Below, one piece after another: positions 62,097-64,000 of a stretch of 64,000 bases of DNA (position 1 is the stretch's first letter; every line of letters starts with the position of its first letter). Origin of the DNA: Amoebophrya sp. A120 (Eukaryota > Protista > Dinoflagellata); the NCBI GenBank assembly GCA_905178155.1, contig CAJINV010000003.1:3441600-3505599 (forward strand), in the 5' to 3' direction. The notes under the pieces were generated by a model. That model searched no databases. It saw only the letters and a program-made list of their open reading frames with translations, and was not told where the DNA came from. The position numbers and the translations under genes were made by a program.

Positions 62097-64000
62097 TTAC
62101 TGCACCGGGCCGAAAGCGCTGCCCTTGAAGACCTTCAACACGAATGCCGCGAGTGCAGTGGCTTCCGAGTCGCCAGAGACCACCTCAATCGTGTTCCGGC
62201 CAAAGTCCAACATGAACTGTGACACCCGCCTATCCAGGGCGCCGGTAGCGCTTCTAGAAGCAGCTGCAGCTCCTGGGACACCACCAGGGTCTACTCGCGA
62301 TAAGTCCCCCGTGACTGTCAGTTGCATCTTCGAGTTGCAGTGCGACTGCGAGTCACTTCCCTCGCCGTCTCCCGCTTGCAACAGCGTCCGTCTTGTCGTT
62401 ATCCCTTCTGCAAAATTGGAGCGCTCACCTGGAAAATCGAAGTCGGAGTCTCGCGGGCCTATGCGCTCCAGAATGGCCCAGAGCATCATGCCAGATTGGA
62501 CGGCTTCGGGAAAGTACAGGATGGAAAGAACTAGCCTCCCCTGGCGCAGTCCGAGTGCTTCGGTTGACGCAGGACGTGAAGTAGGAGCGTTCTCGTGGTG
62601 TCTGGCCTCCTGATAGAAGTGATTCATGAGTGTAAAGTAAAACGCGGTTGGCGCTGAAGAGGCCCCGGCCTTTCTCTTTACCCCCAGCATCAACGAGTTT
62701 TGCAGCTGGGTCTTCGTCGGAACAGCGGAAACTGGCATGGTACTATGCTCCTCCGGATTTGTTGTTGAGCCCGAAGTACCTCCAGAAGTGATCGGTGGAG
62801 CAGGTGGAGGTGCAACAACTGGTGACTGGTCAGTACTCCTAACTTTGACGGTGCCGGAGATAACCTTTCCGCGATGCAATGTCCGCCTCACGGAACCCTC
62901 ACTTGCCTGGCTCCGCAGGCTGTCCGTGGAGTCCATAATCCCCAGCGAAACGCTCAAGGAAGAACCTGTTGCTGCATACTCGGGAGAAGTTCGACGGTCT
63001 TGACGCTCGGTTTCGGAAATCGTGGCTGCACTTGTGTCTGCAATTACGCTGGTCCTCGTCTCCCTACCGAGCCCCAACGGGTGTTGCACAAAAACCACAT
63101 CCGGTTCCTTCCGGCTTGCGTCGCTACAGAGGGACTCGGAAATTTGCCTGACAAAGGAATCCATTTCGTCGAAGACCATCTGTTCCTCGAGCTCCGCCAG
63201 GTCAGCGGCGGCCCCTGGGTCGTTCTGCTCCACGAGATGGCGAATCAAAGACAAGTCCTCAAGAATCCCCGCAGTGTTGTCTCCTGAAGGCAGCGCCGCA
63301 CCACCTTCCAGTGCTGCTCGAGTTTGCCGGGCACAGATGTTCTCAACGCCAACTACCTGGTGCTCTACTGCGTGGTCCTTGATGTCCGCGTCCTCAGTCA
63401 GCAGAGGGCCAGAGAAGGTCGGAGTCCGCAAGAACGGATCGTCCATCGAAAGCACCTCGGGCTCCATGTCAGAGGTCGTTTGTAGAGGTCGATCTCTGAT
63501 TGAGGTACTCGAAGTCGTCGTTGTGGAGGAGGTCGTACGGAGGAGCGGCACAGTCACTTCCTCTCGCGGAGGAGCAGTTTGCGCGGGATGGTTGCTCGAG
63601 GGGACTTCTTGCGAAGGAGCCTGGAATGGAGACAAAGCGTATGGCGACGAGGTGGTGGCAGGAGCACTCGGATTGCAGTACCGCGGCCAGCTTGTAATCG
63701 TGGGAGTTGTCGTTCTTGCTCCAGCGGAGCGCGGACGGCGACTGGAAGAAGATGTACCGCGACTGGAAGACGTACTGCAAAAGCCATTCAGGCGGGGGAC
63801 GTCTTCTCTTCCTCCATGTGGAGCGTTTTCTCGGCCCCGCGAATCATCTGCACAACTACGCAAGTGCTGCTTCGAGCTTGCGAGAGGTGCAGGAAATCGC
63901 GAGTCGAAGACACTCCGAGGCCAGGAGTTGGCACCTCCACACGTCGAGGGTCTTTCTTGCTTCGCACAATCTTCTACATCATGCTGGTCCTCTTCATCGC
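62097..64000 (-). CDS. Hypothetical protein, 5' end beyond the window
   Basis: The frame of the 588-aa ORF stays open from 63863 to the window edge. S/T/P-rich N-terminal part and a globular-looking C-terminus. Confidence 0.7.
   Translation of the reverse strand, partial: DEEDQHDVEDCAKQERPSTCGGANSWPRSVFDSRFPAPLASSKQHLRSCADDSRGRENAPHGGREDVPRLNGFCSTSSSRGTSSSSRRPRSAGARTTTPTITSWPRYCNPSAPATTSSPYALSPFQAPSQEVPSSNHPAQTAPPREEVTVPLLRTTSSTTTTSSTSIRDRPLQTTSDMEPEVLSMDDPFLRTPTFSGPLLTEDADIKDHAVEHQVVGVENICARQTRAALEGGAALPSGDNTAGILEDLSLIRHLVEQNDPGAAADLAELEEQMVFDEMDSFVRQISESLCSDASRKEPDVVFVQHPLGLGRETRTSVIADTSAATISETERQDRRTSPEYAATGSSLSVSLGIMDSTDSLRSQASEGSVRRTLHRGKVISGTVKVRSTDQSPVVAPPPAPPITSGGTSGSTTNPEEHSTMPVSAVPTKTQLQNSLMLGVKRKAGASSAPTAFYFTLMNHFYQEARHHENAPTSRPASTEALGLRQGRLVLSILYFPEAVQSGMMLWAILERIGPRDSDFDFPGERSNFAEGITTRRTLLQAGDGEGSDSQSHCNSKMQLTVTGDLSRVDPGGVPGAAAASRSATGALDRRVSQFMLDFGRNTIEVVSGDSEATALAAFVLKVFKGSAFGPVQ

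Noticed and set aside
62097-62240. Tubby-like C-terminal motif (QFMLDFGRN...ALAAFVLKVF)
   Set aside because: Resemblance is too short and other Tubby motifs are absent; needs a profile search.
3-63697. Numerous + strand ORFs (e.g. 6219-7475, 41678-42712, 43829-45082)
   Set aside because: They are antisense shadows of GC3-biased minus-strand exons with no recognisable domains.
1-64000. Dinoflagellate spliced-leader relics, tRNA, rRNA or snRNA genes
   Set aside because: I saw no CCGTAGCCATTTTGGCTCAAG-like sequence, cloverleaf or U1/U2/U5/U6 signature by eye; a tRNAscan-SE/Infernal run would be decisive.

Overview
Eukaryotic, intron-containing genomic DNA. All ten protein-coding genes I can support lie on the minus strand as one head-to-tail cluster. 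This layout, the long low-complexity proteins and the non-canonical introns with terminal inverted repeats point to a dinoflagellate-lineage parasite such as Amoebophrya (Syndiniales); this is inference, not a database result. Recognisable genes: HYDIN (14 exons, about 5,413 aa), an EXO1/FEN1/XPG-family nuclease, an aldo-keto reductase, a prolyl-4-hydroxylase-like 2OG-Fe(II) oxygenase, an RRM protein and a GAS2/GAR-like protein, plus four large hypothetical genes. Highlights: (1) three MITE-like introner insertions inside coding sequence (5259-5572, 5627-5888, 47674-47952). All six ends fit TATC-N4-G(G/T)-AAAAA, each has a 5-bp target duplication, and none can be removed in frame as a GT-AG intron (one allows GC-AG). 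(2) The EXO1-like nuclease has a complete cold-shock domain inserted between its catalytic core and H3TH motif, visible only after splicing four exons. (3) A TTAA-flanked MITE-like element holds two tandem-repeat arrays.
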